From Escherichia coli (GTDB taxonomy: Bacteria > Pseudomonadota > Gammaproteobacteria > Enterobacterales > Enterobacteriaceae), in NCBI RefSeq assembly GCF_003334765.1, contig NZ_QOWT01000001.1: a stretch of DNA of 64,000 nt. One strand, 5' to 3'. Made by a program: the position numbers and the translations under genes. The notes below the pieces were generated by a model, which saw nothing but the letters and a program-made list of their open reading frames with translations, did no database searches and had not been told where the DNA came from. Below, in pieces: positions 13,862-25,200 of the stretch (position 1 is the stretch's first letter; each line of letters starts with the position of its first letter).

Positions 13862-15034
13862 TTAACGAACAGCGCGGATGGCGTTAATTAATCCAGCCAC
13901 ACCTTTTTCCAGTTTCGAACGTGGGCAGCCGGCATTGAGACGGACAAAACCACGACCTTCTTCACCGTAGGTATACCCCGGCATGATCGCGACTTTTTCT
14001 TGTTCGATAAGTGCTTTTTGCAACGCGTTGTCGTCAATATTCAACGGACGTAAATCAAGCCATGCCAGATAAGTGGATTGTGGGATCTGCCAGTTGAGTT
14101 CAGGAAACGCGGCGTTCATTTTATCTGCGATATACGTCAGGTTATCTTTCAGATAGATGCGTAAGGCATCCAGCCACGGCGCGCCTTGCTGATAGGCGGC
14201 GATATGGGCAGTTAACGCCAGTACCGAAGGGGAAGAAAGCCCATCACGGCCTTTCAGTGCCGATAAATAGGCATCGCGGCTACTGCTATTTTCTATAATC
14301 CCGTAAGCACCGGTCAGGGCGGGAATATTGAAACTTTTCGAGCCCGACGTTAGCAACGCCCAGTCTCCGCGAGCCACATTACTCCAGGGAATATGCGGCT
14401 GCTCGCCCCAAACCATATCCATATGGATTTCATCGGAAATAACCCGCACACCATGACGCTCGCACAGGTCAGCCATGATCTCCAGCTCATCGCACGTCCA
14501 CACTTTCCCGGTAGGATTCTGTGGGCTACACAGGAGCATAATTTTACATTCTGGTTTCGCCAACACGGCTTCCAACTTGCCCATATCGCAAAACCAACCA
14601 TCAGCCTGCTTCTCTAAAGCAACGGGCATTACTGTGCGCTGGTTACCTTCAATGGCCTTGTAAAATGCGTCATAGGCGGGTGTGTGGATCACCACGCCTT
14701 CACCTGTTTCAGACCACTGACGAATCAGTTCTGAAACCATATAGATGACAGAAGGGCCATACACCACCGTCTGAGAATCGATGGCGGTGTAATGCTGGGT
14801 GGAAAACCAGTGGGCAATAGCCGCGAGAAACTCATCGTTTTTCCAGCGGCTGTAGCCAAATACGCCGTGCATCAGGCGCTGATTCAGCGCCTCGATAATG
14901 CAGGGGGCAGTGGCAAAATCCATGTCTGAAATCGTGAACGGTAACAGGTCAGCAGTGCCGAAACGGTCAGCGACATAATCCCACTGTGTACACCATGTGC
15001 CATGACGATCCACGACCTTTGAAAAATCGAACAT
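13862..15034 (-). CDS. malY: PLP-dependent cystathionine beta-lyase / Mal regulon modulator
   Basis: 390-aa ORF MFDFSKVVDRHGTWCTQWDY..., aminotransferase class I/II fold. Confidence 0.93.
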   Translation of the reverse strand: MFDFSKVVDRHGTWCTQWDYVADRFGTADLLPFTISDMDFATAPCIIEALNQRLMHGVFGYSRWKNDEFLAAIAHWFSTQHYTAIDSQTVVYGPSVIYMVSELIRQWSETGEGVVIHTPAYDAFYKAIEGNQRTVMPVALEKQADGWFCDMGKLEAVLAKPECKIMLLCSPQNPTGKVWTCDELEIMADLCERHGVRVISDEIHMDMVWGEQPHIPWSNVARGDWALLTSGSKSFNIPALTGAYGIIENSSSRDAYLSALKGRDGLSSPSVLALTAHIAAYQQGAPWLDALRIYLKDNLTYIADKMNAAFPELNWQIPQSTYLAWLDLRPLNIDDNALQKALIEQEKVAIMPGYTYGEEGRGFVRLNAGCPRSKLEKGVAGLINAIRAVR

Positions 15035-15043
15035 ATCTTATCC

Positions 15044-16636
15044 TTATGCCTGGACAGTATGCATCAGACCGGCCATTTCATCTTTTACTGACTGAACTTG
15101 TGGCCCGATAACAACCTGCAGGTTATGTTGATTAAGTTGTACTACGCCAATTGCCCGATTGTCCTTCAGTGCCTGCACATTAACAAGCGACATATCTTTC
15201 ACAGACAAACGCAGACGGGTAATGCAGTTATCGAGGCTGACAATATTGTCGGCACCGCCTAATGCTTCGAGGATTGCAGGAACGTTGTAACCTGATTTAC
15301 CCGGCGCACCGGCAACGGCTTTTTCGATTGAGCTGGCAACTTCGCTATCGCGCCCCGGGGTTTTCAGATTGAAGCGGGTGATAGCGAAACGGAAGATGAC
15401 GTAGTAAACGACAAACCAGATTGCCGCCACCACTGGCACCATGTACCACTTGGTTGACAGACCATGCAAAATACCGAACACCACGAAGTCGATGATATTG
15501 CCGTCGGTATTACCGATGGTGACGCCGAGCACAGACATGACGGTGAAGCCGAGGCCGGTTAACAGCGCGTGGATGACATACAGAACTGGCGCTACGAACA
15601 GGAACAGGAATTCCAGCGGTTCGGTAGTGCCGCCAACGACGCAGGCGATCAGGCCAGAAATCAGCAGACCTTTAATTTTATGGCGATTTTCCGGGCGCGC
15701 GCAGTGATACATAGCTAACGCTGCACCTGGCAGACCGCCGAGAAACGCAGGCATTTTACCTTGCGAAAGGAAACGCGTGGCGCTTTCAGAAAAACCGTGA
15801 GTGGTCGGGCAACTCAATTGCGCCTGGAAGATGGTCAGTGCGCCGCTGACGGTTTGACCGCAGACTTCCTGCGTGCCGCCTGCGTCGGTAAAGCGAATTA
15901 ATGCCACCAGAATGTGATGCAGACCAAACGGCAACAGCAGACGTTCACCGGTACCAAACAGCATCGGTCCGAAATCACCCGCGCTGTTTATCATATGGCC
16001 CAAGCCGCTAATACCCATGGCGAAAATCGGCCAGACTAATGGAATCACCAGGCCGACAAGGCCCATCACCAGCGAGGAGATAATTGGTACGAAGCGCGTA
16101 CCGCCGAAGAATGCCAGCGCATCCGGCAGGCGGATATTATGGAAACGCTCATGCAGCATCCAGACGATAATACCGGCGATCACCGCACCGAGGATCCCGG
16201 TATCGATCGACTGGATCCCAAGAATGCTCTGGATGTTATTGGCTTTCAGAACCGCGGCATCCGTGGTTGGCAGAATGCCTTTATTGGTCAACCAGAAGTT
16301 TACCGCGAGGTTCATTACCGCATAACCGATGAAGCCAGCGAATGCCGCTACGCCTTTATTTTCGCGTGCCAGGCCCAGCGGGATGGCGATACAGAACATG
16401 ACAGGCAGGAAACTAAAAGCAAACGAGCCAATCTTACTCATCCAGGTAAAGATAGCCTGCAACACGGGGTTGCCCAGGACCGGGATCAGGGTTATGACAT
16501 CATGGCTGCTAAGAGAACTACCAATGCCGAGCATAATGCCGCAGAACGACAATAATGCCACGGGTAACATGAAGGTTTTGCCTAACTGCTGGAAGAACTC
16601 CCACAGCGTGACTTTCGGTGCTGTTTTCGCCGTCAT
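15044..16636 (-). CDS. malX: PTS EIICB component, maltose/glucose-like
   Basis: the 651-aa ORF-track ORF is an upstream extension; start placed at MTAKTAPKVTLWEFFQQLGKTFMLPV giving 530 aa. Confidence 0.9.
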   Translation of the reverse strand: MTAKTAPKVTLWEFFQQLGKTFMLPVALLSFCGIMLGIGSSLSSHDVITLIPVLGNPVLQAIFTWMSKIGSFAFSFLPVMFCIAIPLGLARENKGVAAFAGFIGYAVMNLAVNFWLTNKGILPTTDAAVLKANNIQSILGIQSIDTGILGAVIAGIIVWMLHERFHNIRLPDALAFFGGTRFVPIISSLVMGLVGLVIPLVWPIFAMGISGLGHMINSAGDFGPMLFGTGERLLLPFGLHHILVALIRFTDAGGTQEVCGQTVSGALTIFQAQLSCPTTHGFSESATRFLSQGKMPAFLGGLPGAALAMYHCARPENRHKIKGLLISGLIACVVGGTTEPLEFLFLFVAPVLYVIHALLTGLGFTVMSVLGVTIGNTDGNIIDFVVFGILHGLSTKWYMVPVVAAIWFVVYYVIFRFAITRFNLKTPGRDSEVASSIEKAVAGAPGKSGYNVPAILEALGGADNIVSLDNCITRLRLSVKDMSLVNVQALKDNRAIGVVQLNQHNLQVVIGPQVQSVKDEMAGLMHTVQA

Positions 16637-16655
16637 AAAACGACTCCTCGTAGAT

Positions 16656-17839
<1,184 letters not shown>

Positions 17840-17950
17840 TCCTCTCTTTATCTGCTATACCTGGTAGTGTCCTTTCCTCAAGGTTAATGATAAAAAATGT
17901 GGCACACAGGCGGTGCCTTTTATTTTTACTGAAGTTCACAGGAGGTTTAT

Positions 17951-18718
17951 GTGTTTAATTCTGACAACCTGAGACTCGACGGAAAATGCGCCATCATCAC
18001 AGGTGCGGGTGCAGGTATTGGTAAAGAAATCGCCATTACATTCGCGACAGCTGGCGCATCTGTGGTGGTCAGTGATATTAACGCCGACGCAGCTAACCAT
18101 GTTGTAGACGAAATTCAACAACTGGGTGGTCAGGCATTTGCCTGCCGTTGTGATATTACTTCCGAACAGGAACTCTCTGCACTGGCAGACTTTGCTATCA
18201 GTAAGCTGGGTAAAGTTGATATTCTGGTTAACAACGCCGGTGGCGGTGGACCTAAACCGTTTGATATGCCAATGGCGGATTTTCGCCGTGCTTATGAACT
18301 GAATGTGTTTTCTTTTTTCCATCTGTCACAACTTGTTGCGCCAGAAATGGAAAAAAATGGCGGTGGCGTTATTCTGACCATCACTTCTATGGCGGCAGAA
18401 AATAAAAATATAAACATGACTTCCTATGCATCATCTAAAGCTGCGGCCAGTCATCTGGTCAGAAATATGGCGTTTGACCTGGGTGAAAAAAATATTCGGG
18501 TAAATGGCATTGCGCCGGGGGCAATATTAACCGATGCCCTGAAATCCGTTATTACACCAGAAATTGAACAAAAAATGTTACAGCACACGCCGATCAGACG
18601 TCTGGGCCAACCGCAAGATATTGCTAACGCAGCGCTGTTCCTTTGCTCGCCTGCTGCGAGCTGGGTAAGCGGACAAATTCTCACCGTCTCCGGTGGTGGG
18701 GTACAGGAGCTCAATTAA
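17951..18718 (+). CDS. hdhA: 7-alpha-hydroxysteroid dehydrogenase (SDR family)
   Basis: 255-aa ORF with GTG start preceded by ggagg; TGAGAGIG cofactor motif and YxxxK. Confidence 0.92.
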   Translation: MFNSDNLRLDGKCAIITGAGAGIGKEIAITFATAGASVVVSDINADAANHVVDEIQQLGGQAFACRCDITSEQELSALADFAISKLGKVDILVNNAGGGGPKPFDMPMADFRRAYELNVFSFFHLSQLVAPEMEKNGGGVILTITSMAAENKNINMTSYASSKAAASHLVRNMAFDLGEKNIRVNGIAPGAILTDALKSVITPEIEQKMLQHTPIRRLGQPQDIANAALFLCSPAASWVSGQILTVSGGGVQELN

Positions 18719-18938
18719 TACACTAACGGACCGGTAAACAACCGTGCGTGTTGTTTACCGGGATAAACTCATCAACGTCTCTGCTAAATAACTGGCAGCC
18801 AAATCACGGCTATTGGTTAACCAATTTCAGAGTGAAAAGTATACGAATAGAGTGTGCCTTCGCACTATTCAACAGCAATGATAGGCGCTCACCTGACAAC
18901 GCGGTAAACTAGTTATTCACGCTAACTATAATGGTTTA

Positions 18939-19529
18939 ATGATGGATAACATGCAGACTGAAGCACAACCGACACGGACCCGGATCCTCAATGCTGCCAG
19001 AGAGATTTTTTCAGAAAATGGATTTCACAGTGCCTCGATGAAAGCCATCTGTAAATCTTGCGCCATTAGTCCCGGGACGCTCTATCACCATTTCATCTCC
19101 AAAGAAGCCTTGATTCAGGCGATTATCTTACAGGACCAGGAGAGGGCGCTGGCCCGTTTCCGGGAACCGATTGAAGGGATTCATTTCGTTGACTATATGG
19201 TCGAGTCCATTGTCTCTCTCACCCATGAAGCCTTTGGACAACGGGCGCTGGTGGTTGAAATTATGGCGGAAGGGATGCGTAACCCACAGGTCGCCGCCAT
19301 GCTTAAAAATAAGCATATGACGATCACGGAATTTGTTGCCCAGCGGATGCGTGATGCCCAGCAAAAAGGCGAGATAAGCCCAGACATCAACACGGCAATG
19401 ACTTCACGTTTACTGCTGGATCTGACCTACGGTGTACTGGCCGATATCGAAGCGGAAGACCTGGCGCGTGAAGCGTCGTTTGCTCAGGGATTACGCGCGA
19501 TGATTGGCGGTATCTTAACCGCATCCTGA
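18939..19529 (+). CDS. uidR: TetR-family repressor of the uid operon
   Basis: 196-aa ORF MMDNMQTEAQPTRTRILNAAREIFSENGFHSASMKAICKSCAISPGTLYHHF (TetR HTH). Confidence 0.92.
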   Translation: MMDNMQTEAQPTRTRILNAAREIFSENGFHSASMKAICKSCAISPGTLYHHFISKEALIQAIILQDQERALARFREPIEGIHFVDYMVESIVSLTHEAFGQRALVVEIMAEGMRNPQVAAMLKNKHMTITEFVAQRMRDAQQKGEISPDINTAMTSRLLLDLTYGVLADIEAEDLAREASFAQGLRAMIGGILTAS

Positions 19530-19919
19530 TTCTCTCTCTTTTTCGGCGGGCTGGTGATAACTGTGCCCGCGTTTCATATCGTAATTTCTCTGTGCAAAAA
19601 TTATCCTTCCCGGCTTCGGAGAATTCCCCCCAAAATATTCACTGTAGCCATATGTCATGAGAGTTTATCGTTCCCAATACGCTCGAACGAACGTTCGGTT
19701 GCTTATTTTATGGCTTCTGTCAACGCTGTTTTAAAGATTAATGCGATCTATATCACGCTGTGGGTATTGCAGTTTTTGGTTTTTTGATCGCGGTGTCAGT
19801 TCTTTTTATTTCCATTTCTCTTCCATGGGTTTCTCACAGATAACTGTGTGCAACACAGAATTGGTTAACTAATCAGATTAAAGGTTGACCAGTATTATTA
19901 TCTTAATGAGGAGTCCCTT

Positions 19920-21200
19920 ATGTTACGTCCTGTAGAAACCCCAACCCGTGAAATCAAAAAACTCGACGGCCTGTGGGCATTCAGTCTGAATCGCGAAAAC
20001 TGTGGAATTGATCAGCGTTGGTGGGAAAGCGCGTTACAAGAAAGCCGGGCAATTGCTGTGCCAGGCAGTTTTAACGATCAGTTCGCCGATGCAGATATTC
20101 GTAATTATGCGGGCAACGTCTGGTATCAGCGCGAAGTCTTTATACCGAAAGGTTGGGCAGGCCAGCGTATCGTGCTGCGTTTCGATGCGGTCACTCATTA
20201 CGGCAAAGTGTGGGTCAATAATCAGGAAGTGATGGAGCATCAGGGCGGCTATACGCCATTTGAAGCCGATGTCACGCCGTATGTTATTGCCGGGAAAAGT
20301 GTACGTATCACCGTTTGTGTGAACAACGAACTGAACTGGCAGACTATCCCGCCGGGAATGGTGATTACCGACGAAAACGGCAAGAAAAAGCAGTCTTACT
20401 TCCATGATTTCTTTAACTATGCCGGGATCCATCGCAGCGTAATGCTCTACACCACGCCGAACACCTGGGTGGACGATATCACCGTGGTGACGCATGTCGC
20501 GCAAGACTGTAACCACGCGTCTGTTGACTGGCAGGTGGTGGCCAATGGTGATGTCAGCGTTGAACTGCGTGATGCGGATCAACAGGTGGTTGCAACTGGA
20601 CAAGGCACTAGCGGGACTTTGCAAGTGGTGAATCCGCACCTCTGGCAACCGGGTGAAGGTTATCTCTATGAACTGTGCGTCACAGCCAAAAGCCAGACAG
20701 AGTGTGATATCTACCCGCTTCGCGTCGGCATCCGGTCAGTGGCAGTGAAGGGCGAACAGTTCCTGATTAACCACAAACCGTTCTACTTTACTGGCTTTGG
20801 TCGTCATGAAGATGCGGACTTGCGTGGCAAAGGATTCGATAACGTGCTGATGGTGCACGACCACGCATTAATGGACTGGATTGGGGCCAACTCCTACCGT
20901 ACCTCGCATTACCCTTACGCTGAAGAGATGCTCGACTGGGCAGATGAACATGGCATCGTGGTGATTGATGAAACTGCTGCTGTCGGCTTTAACCTCTCTT
21001 TAGGCATTGGTTTCGAAGCGGGCAACAAGCCGAAAGAACTGTACAGCGAAGAGGCAGTCAACGGGGAAACTCAGCAAGCGCACTCTTGCTACCGCGATGA
21101 CCCAACAACCACAATCCCGCGCCCGTCTGGGCGCGGCTCGTGGGATTGCCACTTCATTGACCTTTGTCTGCCTGGCATTTCTGATAGGACCGAGCATTAA
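19920..21200 (+). pseudogene. uidA: beta-glucuronidase, 3'-truncated (about residues 1-388 then out-of-frame tail)
   Basis: 426-aa ORF matches GUS through ...[12 protein letters not shown], then 38 unrelated residues and a stop; expected about 603 aa. Confidence 0.8.
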
Positions 21201-22062
21201 GAACTCCAGCCCGGAAGAGATGGTGTCGGTATACCATTTCTGGACAATTGTGCTGGCGATTGCCGGAATGGTGCTTTACTTCATCTGCTTCAAATCGACG
21301 CGTGAGAATGTGGTACGTATCGTTGCGCAGCCGTCATTGAATATCAGTCTGCAAACCCTGAAACGGAATCGCCCGCTGTTTATGTTGTGCATCGGTGCGC
21401 TGTGTGTGCTGATTTCGACCTTTGCGGTCAGCGCCTCGTCGTTGTTCTACGTGCGCTATGTGTTAAATGATACCGGGCTGTTCACTGTGCTGGTACTGGT
21501 GCAAAACCTGGTTGGTACTGTGGCATCGGCACCGCTGGTGCCGGGGATGGTCGCGAGGATCGGTAAAAAGAATACCTTCCTGATTGGCGCTTTGCTGGGA
21601 ACCTGCGGTTATCTGCTGTTCTTCTGGGTTTCCGTCTGGTCACTGCCGGTGGCGTTGGTTGCGTTGGCCATCGCTTCAATTGGTCAGGGCGTTACCATGA
21701 CCGTGATGTGGGCGCTGGAAGCTGATACCGTAGAATACGGTGAATACCTGACCGGCGTGCGAATTGAAGGGCTCACCTATTCACTATTCTCATTTACCCG
21801 TAAATGCGGTCAGGCAATCGGAGGTTCAATTCCTGCCTTTATTTTGGGGTTAAGCGGATATATCGCCAATCAGGTGCAAACGCCGGAAGTTATTATGGGC
21901 ATCCGCACATCAATTGCCTTAGTACCTTGCGGATTTATGCTACTGGCATTCGTTATTATCTGGTTTTATCCGCTCACGGATAAAAAATTCAAAGAAATCG
22001 TGGTTGAAATTGATAATCGTAAAAAAGTGCAGCAGCAATTAATCAGCGATATCACTAATTAA
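21084..22062 (+). pseudogene. uidB: glucuronide permease (GPH family), 5'-truncated (about residue 130 to C-terminus)
   Basis: UidB-like sequence begins at ...[22 protein letters not shown]... with no native start; the first ~25 codons of the 351-aa ORF are out-of-frame uidA sequence. Confidence 0.8.
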
Positions 22063-22100
22063 TATTCAATAAAAATAATCAGAACATCAAAGGTGCAACT

Positions 22101-23366
22101 ATGAGAAAAATAGTGGCCATGGCCGTTATTTGCCTGACGGCTGCCTCTGGCCTTACCTCTGCTTATGCGGCGCAACTGGCTGACGATGAAGCGGGACTAC
22201 GCATCAGACTGAAAAACGAATTGCGCAGGGCGGATAAGCCCAGTGCTGGCGCGGGAAGAGATATTTACGCATGGGTACAGGGAGGATTGCTCGATTTCAA
22301 TAGTGGTTATTATTCCAATATTATTGGCGTTGAAGGCGGGGCGTATTATGTTTATAAATTAGGTGCTCGTGCTGATATGAGTACCCGGTGGTATCTTGAT
22401 GGTGATAAAAGTTTTGGCTTTGCCCTGGGGGCAGTAAAAATAAAACCCAGTGAAAATAGCCTGCTTAAATTAGGTCGCTTCGGGACGGATTATAGTTATG
22501 GTAGCTTACCTTATCGTATTCCGTTAATGGCTGGCAGTTCGCAACGTACATTACCGACAGTTTCTGAAGGAGCATTAGGTTATTGGGCTTTAACACCAAA
22601 TATTGATCTGTGGGGAATGTGGCGTTCACGAGTATTTTTATGGACTGATTCAACAACCGGTATTCGTGATGAAGGGGTGTATAACAGCCAGACGGGAAAA
22701 TACGATAAACATCGCGCACGTTCTTTTTTAGCCGCCAGTTGGCATGATGATACCAGTCGCTATTCTCTGGGGGCATCGGTACAGAAAGATGTTTCCAATC
22801 AGATACAAAGTATTCTCGAGAAAAGCATACCGCTCGACCCGAATTATACGTTGAAAGGGGAGTTGCTCGGCTTTTACGCGCAGCTCGAAGGTTTAAGTCG
22901 TAATACCAGCCAGCCCAATGAAACGGCGTTGGTTAGTGGACAATTGACCTGGAATGCGCCGTGGGGAAGTGTATTTGGCAGTGGTGGTTATTTGCGCCAT
23001 GCAATGAATGGTGCCGTGGTGGATACCGACATTGGCTATCCCTTTTCATTAAGTCTTGATCGTAACCGTGAAGGAATGCAGTCCTGGCAATTGGGCGTCA
23101 ACTATCGTTTAACGCCGCAATTTACGCTGACATTTGCACCGATTGTGACTCGCGGCTATGAATCCAGTAAACGAGATGTGCGGATTGAAGGCACGGGTAT
23201 CTTAGGTGGTATGAACTATCGGGTCAGCGAAGGGCCGTTACAAGGGATGAATTTCTTTCTTGCTGCCGATAAAGGGCGGGAAAAGCGCGATGGCAGTACG
23301 CTGGGCGATCGCCTGAATTACTGGGATGTGAAAATGAGTATTCAGTATGACTTTATGCTGAAGTAA
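22101..23366 (+). CDS. uidC: outer membrane glucuronide porin
   Basis: 421-aa ORF with signal peptide MRKIVAMAVICLTAASGLTSAYAAQ, beta-barrel-like, C-terminal aromatic residue. Confidence 0.9.
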   Translation: MRKIVAMAVICLTAASGLTSAYAAQLADDEAGLRIRLKNELRRADKPSAGAGRDIYAWVQGGLLDFNSGYYSNIIGVEGGAYYVYKLGARADMSTRWYLDGDKSFGFALGAVKIKPSENSLLKLGRFGTDYSYGSLPYRIPLMAGSSQRTLPTVSEGALGYWALTPNIDLWGMWRSRVFLWTDSTTGIRDEGVYNSQTGKYDKHRARSFLAASWHDDTSRYSLGASVQKDVSNQIQSILEKSIPLDPNYTLKGELLGFYAQLEGLSRNTSQPNETALVSGQLTWNAPWGSVFGSGGYLRHAMNGAVVDTDIGYPFSLSLDRNREGMQSWQLGVNYRLTPQFTLTFAPIVTRGYESSKRDVRIEGTGILGGMNYRVSEGPLQGMNFFLAADKGREKRDGSTLGDRLNYWDVKMSIQYDFMLK

Positions 23367-23374
23367 AAAATAAC

Positions 23375-23398
23375 GCCGGAGAGAAAAATCTCCGGCGT
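23375..23398 (+). terminator. hairpin downstream of uidC
   Basis: cgccggaga/tctccggcg stem followed by ttt. Confidence 0.45.
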
Positions 23399-23430
23399 TT
23401 CAGATTGTTGACAAAGTGCGCGTTTTTTAT

Positions 23431-23527
23431 GCCGGATGCGGCGTAAACGCCTTATCCAGCCTACAAAAACTCATAAATTCAAAGTGTTGCAGGAAAAGGT
23501 AGGCCTGATAAGCGTAGCGCATCAGGC
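23431..23527. repeat. REP pair (BIME-like) between uidC and ydgA
   Basis: gccggatgcggcgtaaacgccttatccagcctac and inverted copy gtaggcctgataagcgtagcgcatcaggc. Confidence 0.6.
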
Positions 23528-23553
23528 AATCTCTGGTTTGTTTTCAGATGAAA

Positions 23554-23582
23554 ACGCCGGAGTGAAAATTCTCCGGCGTTTT
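23554..23582 (-). terminator. hairpin downstream of ydgA
   Basis: acgccggag/ctccggcgt stem; on the minus strand followed by tttt. Confidence 0.45.
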
Positions 23583-23591
23583 GGCCGTGAA

Positions 23592-25100
23592 TTACTGCTG
23601 CGGAATTGCCGGTACAGCCGGAACGTTAAGAGCTGGCATCGCAAACATGCCAACAAAATCTTCTAACGACATTTTCTGCCCATTTAACGTTATCTGACCG
23701 TTAGCATATTGCAGGCTGGTGGTGATGGTATTGTCCTGCAAGGTGGTCAGACGGAACATCTGCCCCATTGCTGATGCACCTTCAACTTGCTGTTTCGCCA
23801 GTTTTTTCGCTTGATCTTCCTGATAACCTTCCAGCTTCGCTACCTGAGTCATAAACTCAGTTGCCATATCCACCGGAATGGTCAGTTTCGCATCCAGAGA
23901 TTTAACCGAACGATCTACTTCCTGCGCCAGCGTTTGCGGCGCTTCTTTAGTCGTTGCCGGATCTTTCAGGAACAGCGACAGATTCAGGGCACTTTCACCC
24001 TGACTGTTTTTCCAGCTTAGCGGCGCGATAGTAATCACCGGATCGCCTTTCAGCATCAGCGGCAGGGCGCTAAAGAAGGCTTCCGTCACTTTCTCCTGAT
24101 AAAGTTCGGGGTTGTTGGCAATTTCTGGCTGTGCCAGCAGCGCCTGAGTTTGCGCGTTATATTGCTGGCTAAACTGATGCCAGGCTTCACCATCAATCTG
24201 GCCGACTTTTAAAGTCAGCTTGCCGCTGCCCAGATCCTGATTCTGTACCTTCAGGCTGTTTAGCGAGTAATCCAGTTGGCTATTGATCGTTTTACCGTCA
24301 TTGACCAGATCCGATTTACAGCTGATCTCCATGCCTTCCAGCAGTGCCAGTTCTTTGCCTTCCACTGAAATGGTCATTTTTTCCAGTGACAGTTTTTGAT
24401 TTCCTACACGCTCACCAAAACTTGCCAGCGTGCTGGAACCGTCGGTTTTCAGATTATTAAAGGTCAACTGCACTTTCTGGTTGTATTCGTTAACTGCGTC
24501 TATCCGACCACTTTGCGCCTCCCCGGAAAGGGAGATGGCTTTGCCGTCTCTGTCAGCATTTAACTGGAACTCGCCGCCGCTAAAGGCGACTTTTTCATCC
24601 TTTTGCTCGTAATTCAGTGGCTTGAGCGAAATATCGGAACTGGAATCACCGCTGTAACCAATGCGCGAGTTAATCTCAAAAGGCGTTTCACCTTTTGCCA
24701 TATCAAACAGTGGTTTGCTTACTTCGTTATTAACCAGCGTGGTTTGAATTGATGCCATCGACGGGATCAGGTTCAGTTTTTTAAGCTGGGCAAGCGGGAA
24801 GGGACCATGATCAACCGATTCGTTGAAGATGACGCTCTGACCGCTTTTAATCCACGGATTTTCTTTCCCGGCAATGGGTTTCACCAACAGTTGCAACTGG
24901 CTGCTGAATACGCCGCGATGATAGTTTTGATAACTCACTTCCAGGTTGGATTCAGGAGCTGTCAGTTTGAGTTGCGCGTTCGCCTGCGCGACCATGTCTT
25001 CGAGATGGGTTTCAATCTTCTTGCCTGTATACCATGCGCCGCCTGTCCAGACTACGCCTAGCGCAACAATGACGCCTACCGCTACCAGCGATTTATTCAT
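23592..25100 (-). CDS. ydgA: DUF945-family periplasmic/membrane-anchored protein
   Basis: 502-aa ORF MNKSLVAVGVIVALGVVWTGGAWYTGKKIE... Confidence 0.9.
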   Translation of the reverse strand: MNKSLVAVGVIVALGVVWTGGAWYTGKKIETHLEDMVAQANAQLKLTAPESNLEVSYQNYHRGVFSSQLQLLVKPIAGKENPWIKSGQSVIFNESVDHGPFPLAQLKKLNLIPSMASIQTTLVNNEVSKPLFDMAKGETPFEINSRIGYSGDSSSDISLKPLNYEQKDEKVAFSGGEFQLNADRDGKAISLSGEAQSGRIDAVNEYNQKVQLTFNNLKTDGSSTLASFGERVGNQKLSLEKMTISVEGKELALLEGMEISCKSDLVNDGKTINSQLDYSLNSLKVQNQDLGSGKLTLKVGQIDGEAWHQFSQQYNAQTQALLAQPEIANNPELYQEKVTEAFFSALPLMLKGDPVITIAPLSWKNSQGESALNLSLFLKDPATTKEAPQTLAQEVDRSVKSLDAKLTIPVDMATEFMTQVAKLEGYQEDQAKKLAKQQVEGASAMGQMFRLTTLQDNTITTSLQYANGQITLNGQKMSLEDFVGMFAMPALNVPAVPAIPQQ

Positions 25101-25200
25101 AATGATTATCCATAAAATGAAATCAGGCGGACTGGCCGCCTGAAGGTGTTATAAGCCTTTAATAAGCTTAGCAAGAGATGTTAATTTTTTCAGTAAGCTC

